From NCBI GenBank assembly GCA_965267575.1, contig OZ254086.1, positions 2,688,001 through 2,752,000 on the forward strand: a DNA stretch of 64,000 nucleotides, read 5' to 3'. The DNA is from Calditrichales bacterium (GTDB lineage Bacteria; Calditrichota; Calditrichia; Calditrichales; J004). Positions 37,887-50,794 of the stretch are shown in pieces (position 1 is the stretch's first letter; every line of letters starts with the position of its first letter). The translations under genes and the position numbers were made by a program. The notes under the pieces are model-generated. The model was not told the DNA's origin. It saw nothing but the letters and a program-made list of their open reading frames with translations, and did no database searches.

Positions 37887-39554
37887 ATGCGTTTAAAGCC
37901 ATTTATTGCAGCGATTGTCTTATTGGCCGCTGTTGTGTATGTGCCGGCCCAGCAGGTTTCGCAGGAAAACGCGCAGGTCGTGGAATACATCAAGCGCTAC
38001 CTTAATGCCGACCAGCTTGATCCCCACATGATCCATGGTTTTGCCGGTCAGGCGGCCCGTTTGCACTACCGTGACAGTATTGCCGCTGTCACAGGCCAGG
38101 GTTTGCGCGTTGAAGCTTACACCGAGCCGTCACGCCAATTCTTCCACCTTTCACCTTCCGGCCACTTCCGCCTGCACTACGACATCACTGGCTCTCACGC
38201 CGTTGACCAGGATGATCTGGACAACAACGGCATCCCCGATTTTATCGATACTGCCGCCGTGGTTTTTGACCATGTCTGGGACATAGAAATCAACCAGCTT
38301 GGTTTCCAGCGGCCGCTGGACGAAGATGGCAATCCGGTCAATACCTATGATGTCTATTTTTCCGATCTGTCTTCGGGGCTTTACGGGCTCACCGTTTTTA
38401 AAACAGGTAGCGACGGCCTTCCCGCCGATGTCAGTACGCGGCCCGGTACGCAGTTTTCCACCTACATTGAAATGGACCATAACTTCCGCAGCAGCGGTCT
38501 TTATACACGCGGTCTGGATGCGTTGCTGGTGACCGCCGCCCACGAGTTCAACCACGCGTTGCAGCTCGGCTACCGCGTCGATTTGCAGGAGGACTTTTTC
38601 TTTTACGAAGCCACCTCAACCTGGCTGGAAGAATACGTGTATGACCACATCAATGACTATTATCAGTATCTTCCCGGCCTGTTCAACGGTTTGCAGAGTG
38701 TGCCGTTTACAACGTCAAGCTTCCCATATCCCTACGCGCACGGGCTGTTTTGTAACATGATCGCCAGCCAGTACGGGCCGGAGATCGTTTCAGGCTTCTG
38801 GCGGCGCATAGAGGATGAATCCGCCGTCGACGCTATCAACAGCGTTTTACAAAACAGGGGATCGTCTTTTTCTGAAGCGCACAACGACTACGGCCGCTGG
38901 CTCTATTTTACCGGTAAGCGTGCCATTGACGGGTTCTTCTTCCCGGAAGCTGCCCAATATCCCGAGCTGACTGTTTTTAACCGCAACAAATACGACGTCT
39001 TTGGCCCGCTCGATTTAACGACCGACGTAGGCAGGCTGAGCTACACTTTTCTTGCTTTGAATGATGTGTTGCCGTTTCGCCAGCAAGCCCGTGCCCGCGT
39101 CGAAAACGGCCAGGTCAGCGGCCGCTACAGCCATTTTTCCATAAACGACTTTCAACGTCCCTCCGTGCCGCTCGGCAATGCGCAAATCATTGATCCCGTG
39201 GTGCCGGATACGGTTACGCTGCTTATCTCCAACGCGGATGACTTTCCGCAGACGGTTTTTTTTACCATGCAGCCGGATACCATCGCGCCCAGCAGCATTG
39301 GTCCTAATCCTGTAAATATCAGCAGGGGGCAGGAAAAGGCCTACTTTTACAACATCCCCGCCGACGCTACGATCTCGGTTTATAACATGAATGGCCGGCC
39401 CTTGCGTGTCTTACAAAACGGCGGCGCCGCACGCAGCCAGATAGCGTGGGATCTGCGCGACTACAACGGCGAGCTGTTAAGCAGTGGCATTTATATCTAT
39501 GTCATACAGGGCGGCGGAACACAAAAACAGGGCAAATTTGCTGTTATCCGTTAA
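37887..39554 (+). CDS. Secreted zinc metalloprotease (MXAN_6640-like) with C-terminal CTD/FlgD-like domain
   Basis: AAHEFNHA, EATSTWLE; PNPVN...VYNMNG...WDLRD...SSGIYIY. Confidence 0.82.
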   Translation: MRLKPFIAAIVLLAAVVYVPAQQVSQENAQVVEYIKRYLNADQLDPHMIHGFAGQAARLHYRDSIAAVTGQGLRVEAYTEPSRQFFHLSPSGHFRLHYDITGSHAVDQDDLDNNGIPDFIDTAAVVFDHVWDIEINQLGFQRPLDEDGNPVNTYDVYFSDLSSGLYGLTVFKTGSDGLPADVSTRPGTQFSTYIEMDHNFRSSGLYTRGLDALLVTAAHEFNHALQLGYRVDLQEDFFFYEATSTWLEEYVYDHINDYYQYLPGLFNGLQSVPFTTSSFPYPYAHGLFCNMIASQYGPEIVSGFWRRIEDESAVDAINSVLQNRGSSFSEAHNDYGRWLYFTGKRAIDGFFFPEAAQYPELTVFNRNKYDVFGPLDLTTDVGRLSYTFLALNDVLPFRQQARARVENGQVSGRYSHFSINDFQRPSVPLGNAQIIDPVVPDTVTLLISNADDFPQTVFFTMQPDTIAPSSIGPNPVNISRGQEKAYFYNIPADATISVYNMNGRPLRVLQNGGAARSQIAWDLRDYNGELLSSGIYIYVIQGGGTQKQGKFAVIR

Positions 39555-40537
39555 TGCTGTTACGATTCATTTTACTGATATTGATCCCTCTCCCCGCGCT
39601 ACCCGCCTCTTCATGGGAAAATGAAGTCATCAACCTGACCATCCATGCCCGTTTTCAGGATGCTGACAGCCTTCTCAACGCACAAAAAAAAGAGTATCCG
39701 CTTAAGGCCGCTTTCTACACGGCTTCCATGCTCAATTCGCGCATGACCCATTATGAAGACAGCAGCGGGGCCCGGCGCTTTCTCACGGTGCTGGATGACG
39801 TTATCACCTGGAGTAACGATTCATTGGAACGGGCGGGTTTGAGCGTGGCCAATGAAGCGCGGTTTTATTTTTACATGGGCAGCGCATACGGTTTCCGCGC
39901 CTATTTTGGCGGCAAGAATGGTCAATGGGTGGCGGCGTTGCGCGATGGTGCGCTGGCCCGGCGCTACCTGAACAAAGCAATCGAAAAGGACAGCACGCTT
40001 TATGACGCGTATCTTGGAATCGGGACGTATAAATACTGGCTCAGCACTAAGGTGAGCTGGGTGCCGCTTGTACCCGATATGCGCGATGAGGGCATAGAGT
40101 TGGTGCAGAAAACAGCGCAACATGCCTGCCCCAGTCGCGATCTGGCCCGGCATCAGCTGGTTTATATTCTGCTGGATTATGGGCATTACGATCAGGCCCT
40201 GGCCATCGCCGAGGATCTGGTCGCCCGTTATCCGGAAAGTATCTTTATGAACTGGGCCTATTCCCACGTCAAAATGAAAATGCGCCGCTACGATGAAGCG
40301 ATCGCCGCTTATGAAAAAATATTGGCGCTGGTTGCCGCCGAAAAAAAGCCCAACCCCAACCACGAACGCACCGCTTTGATCCGTATGGCGGACATGTACG
40401 CCCGTGCCGGCGATTGTGCCAATGCTCGCCTGTTTCTGCAAAAAACAGAAGAACATTTTGACGGCTTTTCCGGCGCCAACGATGATGAAGTACAGCAACT
40501 GAGCCAACGCATCCGGACGATGTGCGCGAAGCCGTAA
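39554..40537 (+). CDS. TPR-repeat secreted protein
   Basis: Signal peptide from ATG 39554; DAYLGIGTYKYW and TPR-like helices. Confidence 0.8.
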   Translation: MLLRFILLILIPLPALPASSWENEVINLTIHARFQDADSLLNAQKKEYPLKAAFYTASMLNSRMTHYEDSSGARRFLTVLDDVITWSNDSLERAGLSVANEARFYFYMGSAYGFRAYFGGKNGQWVAALRDGALARRYLNKAIEKDSTLYDAYLGIGTYKYWLSTKVSWVPLVPDMRDEGIELVQKTAQHACPSRDLARHQLVYILLDYGHYDQALAIAEDLVARYPESIFMNWAYSHVKMKMRRYDEAIAAYEKILALVAAEKKPNPNHERTALIRMADMYARAGDCANARLFLQKTEEHFDGFSGANDDEVQQLSQRIRTMCAKP

Positions 40538-40554
40538 TCGCCTGCTCCTTTACC

Positions 40555-40583
40555 TTGATTTAAAGAGGCGGTACCTTTAAATT
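40555..40583 (+). promoter_or_regulatory. Sigma70-type promoter of parA operon
   Basis: TTGATT-N17-TAAATT. Confidence 0.55.
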
Positions 40584-40640
40584 CGCGATTCCGCTTTTTG
40601 AAAAACGTAACTTATTCAGCGACTAAAAACGCAGGTATAC

Positions 40641-41408
40641 ATGGCAAAAATTATAGCTATAACGAACCAAAAAGGCGGTGTTGGTAAGACCACTACTGCC
40701 ATTAATCTTAGCAGCTGCATTGCTGTTGCCGAAAAACAGACGCTTCTGATAGATATGGACCCGCAGGCCAATGCCACCAGCGGTTTGGGCGTAAACCCGG
40801 AAGAGCAGGAACTGACCTCATACGAAGTGCTGATTGACGGCAAAAACATCGACGGCAACACGATAAAAACCACGGTGCCCAACCTGGAGCTTCTGCCGTC
40901 GCATATCCGACTTGTCGGGGCGGAGGTGGAGCTGGTGTCGGCAGCCTCGCGTGAGCACAGGCTAAAAGAAAAGCTGGATGCCATCCGCGACAAGTATGAT
41001 TACATTTTTGTGGACTGCCCGCCCTCGCTTGGTCTGCTGACGCTTAATGCACTTTCTGCCGCCGATTCTGTTTTGATTCCCATTCAGTGTGAGTATTACG
41101 CGCTGGAAGGATTGTCGCAGTTGTTGAATACCATTCATCTCGTGCAGAAAAACCTTAACAAAAACCTGCAGATTGAAGGCGTATTGTTGACCATGTACGA
41201 CAATCGCCTGAACCTGTGTAACCAGGTAGCCGGCGAGGTGCGTGATTATTTCAAGGAAAAAGTCTATAAAACGATGATCAGCAGGAACGTGCGTCTTGGT
41301 GAAGCGCCCAGTTTCGGCAAGCCCGTCATCATGTATGATGCTGTTTGTATCGGCAGTCAAAACTATATGAATCTGGCCGAGGAAGTCCTAAGTGAAAAAA
41401 ACAAATAG
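40641..41408 (+). CDS. parA: Chromosome partitioning ATPase ParA/Soj
   Basis: NQKGGVGKTT, DPQANAT, DCPPSLG, EAPSFG. Confidence 0.96.
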   Translation: MAKIIAITNQKGGVGKTTTAINLSSCIAVAEKQTLLIDMDPQANATSGLGVNPEEQELTSYEVLIDGKNIDGNTIKTTVPNLELLPSHIRLVGAEVELVSAASREHRLKEKLDAIRDKYDYIFVDCPPSLGLLTLNALSAADSVLIPIQCEYYALEGLSQLLNTIHLVQKNLNKNLQIEGVLLTMYDNRLNLCNQVAGEVRDYFKEKVYKTMISRNVRLGEAPSFGKPVIMYDAVCIGSQNYMNLAEEVLSEKNK

Positions 41409-42264
41409 ACTGGGCCGGGGCCTGAGCGCTCTGATCCCCGAGAAAGAAAACCAGGCACCGCCACCTTCCGAAGACGCCAAACTGGCCGAAATAGACGTCT
41501 ACCTTATTCGGCCCAACCCCTACCAGCCGCGACTCGAATTTGACCCCGTAGCTCTGCAGGAGCTTAAATCATCCATAGAAGAAAAAGGCGTAATACAGCC
41601 TTTAACCGTGCGCCGCGTGGATGACCATTTTGAGCTGATATCGGGTGAACGCCGGCTGCGCGCAGTAACCGAGATCGGCCTGGATAAGGTCCCCTGTTAC
41701 ATCCTGAAGGTGGACACCAAGGAAGAGATGCTGGAAATGGCGATCGTGGAAAACGTTCAGCGCGAGCATCTCAATCCCATTGAACAGGCCATTGCCTATC
41801 AGCGCCTTATAGATGAATGCAATCTCACCCAGGACGATGTAGCTAAAAAGATCGGCAAGGACCGTAGCACCATTACCAACACGATTCGCCTTTTGCGTTT
41901 GCCGGGAGCAATTCAGGACAGTGTGCGTAAGAGCGACATAAGCATGGGCCACGCGCGGACACTGCTGGCTGTGGATAACGAAAAGGTGCAAAAAAAATTG
42001 TGGAAGAAGATCCTTAACGAAAGTTTGTCTGTAAGGCGCCTGGAGCAGTTGGTTAAGGACAATCAAAATAAGAGTAAACCGGCGCCTAAAAAACCTGCGC
42101 GGCGTTCCGTGTTTGTGCAGAAAGTAGAAGAAAATTTACGCGAAGTATTGGGCACAAAAGTTTCCCTGCGACCACGACGTGAAGGCGGTTTGATAGAGGT
42201 GGAGTTTTATTCGCCTGAAGACCTGAATCGCCTGATTGAGTTGTTCGAAAAAATAAAAGATTGA
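41392..42264 (+). CDS. parB: Chromosome partitioning protein ParB/Spo0J
   Basis: LGRGLSALI, NPYQPR, GERRLRA, ENVQRE, HTH. Confidence 0.96.
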   Translation: MKKTNRLGRGLSALIPEKENQAPPPSEDAKLAEIDVYLIRPNPYQPRLEFDPVALQELKSSIEEKGVIQPLTVRRVDDHFELISGERRLRAVTEIGLDKVPCYILKVDTKEEMLEMAIVENVQREHLNPIEQAIAYQRLIDECNLTQDDVAKKIGKDRSTITNTIRLLRLPGAIQDSVRKSDISMGHARTLLAVDNEKVQKKLWKKILNESLSVRRLEQLVKDNQNKSKPAPKKPARRSVFVQKVEENLREVLGTKVSLRPRREGGLIEVEFYSPEDLNRLIELFEKIKD

Positions 42265-42269
42265 GACAA

Positions 42270-43091
42270 ATGGCCCGTAAAAAACGCAAAGTACAAAGTT
42301 ATTCTTTCCTGGTTGTTCCGGACAATAAGGGTGAGCCCCGGGGTATTAAACTGAGCGCGTGGTCTACGCGGGCCTTGCTTGCGGGTGTTCTTATTGTGGC
42401 CGTTTTGGTTATCGCCGGTGCTGCAACCTATTGGAAAGTTGCCTCTGTTGCGCTGGATTACCGCCGCCTTCAGGAGGAGAATTTCGAGCTGCGCAACAGC
42501 TTGAAGCAGGTGGAAAATATCCGCGTTGATCTCGCCAAAATGCAGAAATTCAATAGCCAGATCCGCAGTTCCCTTTCCGGATACCTGAAAGTAGAAAATT
42601 TGGAGAGCCAGGATACAACCGGCATTGATGAGCTTGATTTCGAAACCATGCAGCCCGGCCAGGTGCGCACTATTTTTAACTCCATACCAAGTCTAATGCC
42701 CGTAGAAGGGTTCATTACACGGGGATTTCAGATTACCAACCTGACGATGGAGCCGCATTTCGGTCTGGATATTGCGGCGGCCAACGGCACACCGATCCGT
42801 GCACCCGCCAACGGTATTGTTGTTTTTGAGGGTTGGACTTCGGAATCGGGCTATGTGCTCGTAGTGCAGCATGGCTATGGTTATCTGACGGTTTATAAGC
42901 ATAACCAGCGAAACCTGGCGGGCATGCTGGAAAAAATAACCAAAGGCGAAGTAATCGCCTATCTTGGAGATACCGGTGAAATCAGCAGCGGGGCACACCT
43001 GCATTATGAAGTCTGGCTGAACGGCAAACCGCTTGATCCGCTAAAATATGTAAACGTGAGCGCACAACAATTAATAGAAAGGAATGAATAA
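42270..43091 (+). CDS. M23 family peptidase
   Basis: HFGLD, YKH, HLHYEV. Confidence 0.92.
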   Translation: MARKKRKVQSYSFLVVPDNKGEPRGIKLSAWSTRALLAGVLIVAVLVIAGAATYWKVASVALDYRRLQEENFELRNSLKQVENIRVDLAKMQKFNSQIRSSLSGYLKVENLESQDTTGIDELDFETMQPGQVRTIFNSIPSLMPVEGFITRGFQITNLTMEPHFGLDIAAANGTPIRAPANGIVVFEGWTSESGYVLVVQHGYGYLTVYKHNQRNLAGMLEKITKGEVIAYLGDTGEISSGAHLHYEVWLNGKPLDPLKYVNVSAQQLIERNE

Positions 43092-43093
43092 GA

Positions 43094-43498
43094 GTGGCTT
43101 TGAAAAATCCGACATCCACTTCGGCCGAACTGAACCTGATTGGTCACGGCACACAAATAGATGGAAATCTTAAAACCGAGCACAGTATCCGTATCGACGG
43201 TCTGCTGAAAGGAACGGTAATTTGCAAGAATACGGTAACGGTGGGGGAGAACGGCCGCGTTGAAGGTGATATCGAGGCCCTGAATGCTATCATTGAAGGC
43301 CGCATAAAGGGGCGTGTGCTTGTAAAAGAAAAGCTGGTGCTGGGCCCAAAATCCGCTCTCAGCGGGGAGCTGAAAGCCAAAACGCTGATCATCGATGAGG
43401 GCGCGGTCTTTGACGGAACCTCCACGATGGCCAACAGCTCGGCATCATCTGTTGCTGAGCAGGGCAAGGTCGCTGCCGGCAGCAAAGAAAGCGTGTGA
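43094..43498 (+). CDS. Bactofilin (polymer-forming cytoskeletal protein)
   Basis: IGHGTQIDGNL...IRIDG...LIIDEGAVFDG. Confidence 0.92.
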   Translation: MALKNPTSTSAELNLIGHGTQIDGNLKTEHSIRIDGLLKGTVICKNTVTVGENGRVEGDIEALNAIIEGRIKGRVLVKEKLVLGPKSALSGELKAKTLIIDEGAVFDGTSTMANSSASSVAEQGKVAAGSKESV

Positions 43499-43755
43499 GT
43501 GATAAAAAGGACATCCGGCGCGACATACGATCGGCCTTTAGCGAGGCGGCGCCATATTTAAATATTGCCTATGTTTTTATGGGCGCCATATTATTTTTCG
43601 GCTATGTGGGATATCGGCTGGATAGGTATTTCCGGTTCGAATCCCTTTTTTTGTTATTGGGCCTTTTCATTGCTTTGCTGGGGGGCTTTTATAATATGTT
43701 TCTTGTGTTGAAAAACCTGGACCAAAAAGAGAAAAATGATTCAAAACATGATTAA
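43495..43755 (+). CDS. AtpZ/AtpI family small membrane protein
   Basis: Two TM helices with GYRLD; heads the atp operon. Confidence 0.8.
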   Translation: MSDKKDIRRDIRSAFSEAAPYLNIAYVFMGAILFFGYVGYRLDRYFRFESLFLLLGLFIALLGGFYNMFLVLKNLDQKEKNDSKHD

Positions 43756-44119
43756 ATACGGCGCGGTGATTTTGCTTCTATACGCTGTTGGAAGTTGGTT
43801 TTATTTAGGTGGTAGTGAATCTGGCGAAGAAGATCTTCGGGCATTGGTTTTAGCGGCGCTTATGGCCCTGCTTTACATGATTGCTTCGGCTTTTTCGGTG
43901 CATCGTGTTTTAAAAAAACCGTCTGCGGAATTTGTGCGCTCATTCATGAAAAATATAATCATCCGGATGGGCGGATTGTTGGCGATTTTTTTCACAATAC
44001 TGCTCATAATCCCCCTAAATCATTTTGTTTTTATCGCCTCCTTCTTTATATTATATTTTCTATTTCAAATCGTGGAAATATATCTGTTGCACAACAGATA
44101 CAAACAGGAAATCAGTTAA
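43736..44119 (+). CDS. ATP synthase protein I-like membrane protein
   Basis: Four TM helices immediately before atpB. Confidence 0.7.
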   Translation: MIQNMIKYGAVILLLYAVGSWFYLGGSESGEEDLRALVLAALMALLYMIASAFSVHRVLKKPSAEFVRSFMKNIIIRMGGLLAIFFTILLIIPLNHFVFIASFFILYFLFQIVEIYLLHNRYKQEIS

Positions 44120-44122
44120 GGA

Positions 44123-44971
44123 ATGACGGATACGACATCGCAAATTGCCGTTACGGATACAGTGGCCGCGAAGCAGGAAAACATAGGCCTGTGGATACAA
44201 GACCACCTCGCTAACAGTTCGGAATGGCACCTTCCCGCACTGCACATTCACCTGCCGGAATTTCAACCTATACAGTTGTTTGGTCTTACGATAGACTTGT
44301 CGATCACTAATCATGTTGTTATGATCTGGATCGCCGGGCTTATTTTGCTCGGCATGTTTGTTTTTGGCTTCCGCAGGGAAGCACGTGTTCAGAAAGGGTT
44401 GGGAATGTTCCTGGAGATGCTGGTGGTGTTTATCAGGGATGAGGTAGCCATAAACAATATGGGGGAGAAAGAGGGTAAGAGATTTACGCCGCTACTGGTT
44501 ACCTTTTTCATGTTTATCTGGATCGCCAACTTAATGGGGCTTATCCCACTTTTTACCACCTCAACCGGTAACTTTAGCGTGACGGCCTCGCTGGCGATTA
44601 TAACGTTTGGCGCGACGCAGGTGTTTGGTATAAGGGAAGCCGGTTTTTTTGGCTATTACAAGGGTCTTGTACCTCATGGAGTGCCGCTTTTCCTGTGGCC
44701 CTTAATGCTTGTTATTGAAATTATGGGACTGGTAGCCAAGCACGTCGCATTGATGATTCGTCTTTTTGCCAATATGACGGCAGGTCACATTGTCCTGTTC
44801 GCCTTGATTGGTCTTATCATCATATTTAAATCGTTTTTTATTGCGCCAGTTTCTATTGGTTTTGCATTGTTTGTCTATTTTCTTGAAATACTTGTAGCAA
44901 CAATCCAGGCCTATATCTTTACAGTTTTATCCGCTCTGTTTATAGGCATGAGCGTGAATCCGGACCATTGA
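44123..44971 (+). CDS. atpB: ATP synthase Fo subunit a
   Basis: IRLFANMTAGH, IQAYIFTVL. Confidence 0.97.
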   Translation: MTDTTSQIAVTDTVAAKQENIGLWIQDHLANSSEWHLPALHIHLPEFQPIQLFGLTIDLSITNHVVMIWIAGLILLGMFVFGFRREARVQKGLGMFLEMLVVFIRDEVAINNMGEKEGKRFTPLLVTFFMFIWIANLMGLIPLFTTSTGNFSVTASLAIITFGATQVFGIREAGFFGYYKGLVPHGVPLFLWPLMLVIEIMGLVAKHVALMIRLFANMTAGHIVLFALIGLIIIFKSFFIAPVSIGFALFVYFLEILVATIQAYIFTVLSALFIGMSVNPDH

Positions 44972-45028
44972 TTTTTTACAGAAAACAAATCGTATAAACT
45001 ACAACTGTTTATCTAGGAGGATTATAAA

Positions 45029-45262
45029 ATGAGTGAATGGGCATTAGCGTTAGCATATCTGGCCGCCGGACTGGGTGCCGGACTGGTTACGATTGGCGCC
45101 GGTATGGGTATCGGTCGTTTAGCAGCATCCGCAATGGACGGCACTGCGCGTCAACCTGAAGCAGGTAACGCTATTCGTATTACGATGATTATTGCTGCGG
45201 CGATGATAGAGGGTGTAGCCCTTTTCGGTGCGGTTGTCTGCTTTTTGCTTGTAACCAAGTAA
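45029..45262 (+). CDS. atpE: ATP synthase Fo subunit c
   Basis: GAGMGIG, ARQPE, MIEGVALF. Confidence 0.97.
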   Translation: MSEWALALAYLAAGLGAGLVTIGAGMGIGRLAASAMDGTARQPEAGNAIRITMIIAAAMIEGVALFGAVVCFLLVTK

Positions 45263-45287
45263 CCAAACAAAAAGAGAACAGTTACGC

Positions 45288-45782
45288 ATGCTTAACTTAG
45301 ATCCCGGAATGATGATCTGGACCTGGATAACATTTTTCCTGGTCCTGTTCATTTTATATAAAAAAGCGCTAAGACCGATGCTTGGTGCCATCGCCGATCG
45401 CGAGCGGGGCATTAAGTCCGATTTGGAAACGGCGGCCAAGCAGCGTGCTGAAGCACAGGACCTCCTGGACCAGCACAAGAAGATGGTGGCCGATGCCGAA
45501 TCCGAGGCACAACGCCTGTTGAAGGAAACGCAGGAGCTGGCCCAGAAGTCACGTTCTGAAGTGCTGGAAAAAGCACGTGAAGAAGCGTCGGCGATTGTGG
45601 ATAAGGCACGCCAGGAGATCGACAAGCAGCGCGAGGATGCCATGCAATCGCTACGTAATGAAGTGGTTGACCTGGCCATTGGTGCTGCCGAAAAGGTTTT
45701 GGCGCAAACGATGGACAAAGAGGCGCACAAGAAAGTGGTTGATGACTACATCGCCTCAATGCCCAAGTCAGTGAAAAACTAG
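45288..45782 (+). CDS. atpF: ATP synthase Fo subunit b
   Basis: N-terminal TM followed by a long coiled coil; operon position. Confidence 0.95.
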   Translation: MLNLDPGMMIWTWITFFLVLFILYKKALRPMLGAIADRERGIKSDLETAAKQRAEAQDLLDQHKKMVADAESEAQRLLKETQELAQKSRSEVLEKAREEASAIVDKARQEIDKQREDAMQSLRNEVVDLAIGAAEKVLAQTMDKEAHKKVVDDYIASMPKSVKN

Positions 45783-45797
45783 GCGGAAGGAGTTCAA

Positions 45798-46328
45798 TTG
45801 AGCCGCGTTGCAAAACGATACGCCAAAGCCTGGTTCACCCTGGCCCTGGAAAACAAGAAACTGGAAAAGGCCGCCGATGATGCCGCTATGCTTGCTGACC
45901 TGATCCGTAAGCAGGATCAGTTCCGGGCTTTTCTGCATAACCCGCTGGTAACACCGGGTAAACGCAAGCAGTTGCTTTCCGACCTTTTTAGCAAAAAAGT
46001 GGATGGGCTGACTTTCGATTTTCTAAACATGGTGAGTCAGAAAAAGCGGCTGAATGTACTGGAAGAGATTGTGGACCAGTTTTCGAGCCTGGTGCGACAG
46101 CACAATAACCAGATTGTTGCGGAGGTGCGAAGCGCTGCGATGCTGGAAGATTCCCAGCTGGATGCGATCCGCCAAAAAATCGAAGGGATGACCGGCAAAA
46201 AGGCGATTATTCATACGGCCCAGGATAAATCTCTTATAGGTGGTTTTCTGATAAAGATAGAAGACAGAATAATTGATAACAGCATTCGCTACCAATTGGA
46301 AAAACTGCGCGAGCAGATGGTAGCCTAA
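45798..46328 (+). CDS. atpH: ATP synthase F1 delta
   Basis: VAKRYAKA...LIGGF..IIDNS. Confidence 0.95.
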   Translation: MSRVAKRYAKAWFTLALENKKLEKAADDAAMLADLIRKQDQFRAFLHNPLVTPGKRKQLLSDLFSKKVDGLTFDFLNMVSQKKRLNVLEEIVDQFSSLVRQHNNQIVAEVRSAAMLEDSQLDAIRQKIEGMTGKKAIIHTAQDKSLIGGFLIKIEDRIIDNSIRYQLEKLREQMVA

Positions 46329-46352
46329 ATATAAAAACAATGAGGTTGTTAA

Positions 46353-47875
46353 ATGAGCAATGCAGTTAGGCCTGATGAAGTCTCTGCGATTTTAAAACAG
46401 CAGCTAAAAGACTTTCAGACCGGATCGGAGTCCTATGAAGTAGGCACCGTGCTGCAGGTGGGCGACGGTATTGCCCGCGTGCATGGTCTGGAAAAGGCGA
46501 TGGCCGGCGAGCTGGTTGAATTCCCCCATGATGTAATGGGAATGGTATTCAACCTGGAAGAGGATAACGTCGGTGTGATCCTTTTTGGTGAGGATACGCT
46601 CATCAAAGAGGGCGATATCGTCAAGCGCACCAACAAAGTTGTTCAAATCCCCGTCGGTGAGGCCATGCTGGGCCGCGTGGTTAATCCACTTGGTCAACCT
46701 CTGGACGGTAAAGGTGAAATCAAAACGGACAAGTTTAACCTTGTCGAACGAAAAGCGGAAGGTGTTATTCAGCGCCAGCCGGTAAAAGAGCCGCTGGCCA
46801 GTGGTATTAAAGCTATCGATTCGATGATTCCGATTGGCCGCGGACAACGCGAACTTATAATCGGTGACCGCCAGACAGGTAAGACCGCCGTCGCGCTGGA
46901 CACGATCATCAATCAAAAAGGCAAAGATGTGTTCTGTATTTATGTGGCCATTGGCCAGAAAGCATCTACGGTTGCCAAGGTGGTGAGAACACTGGAGGAC
47001 AACGACGCCATGTCTTACACGGTCGTTGTGGTCGCCAACGCCAGTGATCCGGCACCCCTGCAGTATATCGCTCCTTATTCCGGTGCGGCTATCGGCGAAT
47101 TTTTCCGTGACAACGGTAAGCACGCTCTCGTCGTTTATGACGATCTGAGCAAGCACGCCTGGGCCTATCGCGAGGTGTCGCTTCTTCTGCGCCGCCCGCC
47201 GGGTCGTGAAGCTTACCCGGGTGACGTTTTTTACGTCCATTCGCGTTTGCTTGAGCGGGCAGCCAAGCTTAATGATGACATGGGTGGTGGCTCACTGACA
47301 GCCCTGCCGATTATCGAAACTCAGGCCGGTGACGTTTCCGCTTATATCCCGACCAACGTTATCTCCATTACGGACGGTCAGATTTTCCTTGAGTCGAACC
47401 TCTTTTACTCAGGTGTACGTCCCGCCATCAACGTGGGTATTTCGGTTTCACGCGTTGGCGGTAACGCACAGATCAAAGCCATGAAACAGGTGGCCGGTAG
47501 TCTGCGCCTGGATCTGGCCCAGTACCGCGAGCTGGAAGCTTTCGCCAAGTTCGGTTCCGATCTGGATAAAGCCACGCAAGCGCAGTTGCGTCGTGGTGAG
47601 CGTTTGGTGGAAGTTCTAAAGCAGGGCCAGTATGACCCGCTTCCTTTTGAAAAGCAGATTGTGATTATCTTTGCTGCTATTAAAGGCTTTCTTGATCCGA
47701 TTCCTGTTGGCGCAATCAAGCGTTTTGAAGATGAATACACCAAGCATCTTGAGCTGAAGCATAAAGATGTTTTGGAGGAGATCGCCAACAAGAAAGTGAT
47801 CAGCGACGAACTGGATAAGCGTATGCGCGAAATTCTTGAAAAGTTTGTTGGCGCATTTAAATACGAGGAAGATTA

Positions 47876-47876
<1 letters not shown>
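46353..47876 (+). CDS. atpA: ATP synthase F1 alpha
   Basis: [18 protein letters not shown]. Confidence 0.98.
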
Positions 47877-50153
<2,277 letters not shown>

Positions 50154-50181
50154 GGTTGCATAAGCCTTTTTAATTGCCGTT

Positions 50182-50212
50182 AAGATGGTGCGTGCAAGCG
50201 CATCATCTTTTT
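50182..50212 (+). terminator. Hairpin with T-tract between atpD and atpC
   Basis: AAGATGGTGCG-TGCAAG-CGCATCATCTT-TTT. Confidence 0.55.
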
Positions 50213-50260
50213 ATTTAAGTTTTATGTTGTTTCGTCGAATCACGAGGAGTTAATAACAGG

Positions 50261-50674
50261 ATGAACGGGAAATTACAGCTGGAAATTGTCACACCATTCG
50301 GTAAGGTATACGAGTCGGAAGTTGACAGCTGTGTTTTACCGGGAGCAAAAGGTCAGTTTCAGGTATTGAAAAACCATGCTCCGGTTATCGCCACGATCGG
50401 AATAGGCCCCGTAAAGGTTAAAAGGCCGTCGGTAAAGGAAACCGACTTGCTTGCAACCAGTGGCGGTTTTTGTGAAGTAAGAGATAATGTTATTAAGGTG
50501 ATCGTTGAATCTGCCGAAAAAGCAGATGAAATAAATATAGAACGAGCCGAAAAGGCCAGAGAAAGGGCAGAAGAAAGGTTAAGCGACCATTCGGACGAAG
50601 TTGATGAAATGCGGGCCCGTATTGCCCTGGAACGCGCCATCAACCGGATTCAAATTGCCAAACTAACTTCCTGA
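50261..50674 (+). CDS. atpC: ATP synthase F1 epsilon
   Basis: LEIVTP, HAP, SGGFCEV, helical C-terminus. Confidence 0.96.
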   Translation: MNGKLQLEIVTPFGKVYESEVDSCVLPGAKGQFQVLKNHAPVIATIGIGPVKVKRPSVKETDLLATSGGFCEVRDNVIKVIVESAEKADEINIERAEKARERAEERLSDHSDEVDEMRARIALERAINRIQIAKLTS

Positions 50675-50726
50675 TTCCCTGGTTTTTGACCTGAATCAAA
50701 AATCTTTACCCTTCTCACGTTCTATC

Positions 50727-50755
50727 TTGATAACTTGTCTTAATATCATTAGACT
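50727..50755 (+). promoter_or_regulatory. Sigma70-type promoter of the TPR-TolQR cluster
   Basis: TTGATA-N17-TAGACT. Confidence 0.55.
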
Positions 50756-50794
50756 TACAACTTTATAAAGGGTTAAAAAAAATAAGGTTACGGT

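Noticed and set aside
40540..43100. parS site or oriC near parAB
   Set aside because: I saw no TGTTTCACGTGAAACA-like palindrome or DnaA-box cluster by eye.
45029..45262. Na+-coupled ATP synthase
   Set aside because: Subunit c has IEGVA and lacks the Q...E(S/T) sodium-binding signature, so it is probably H+-coupled.
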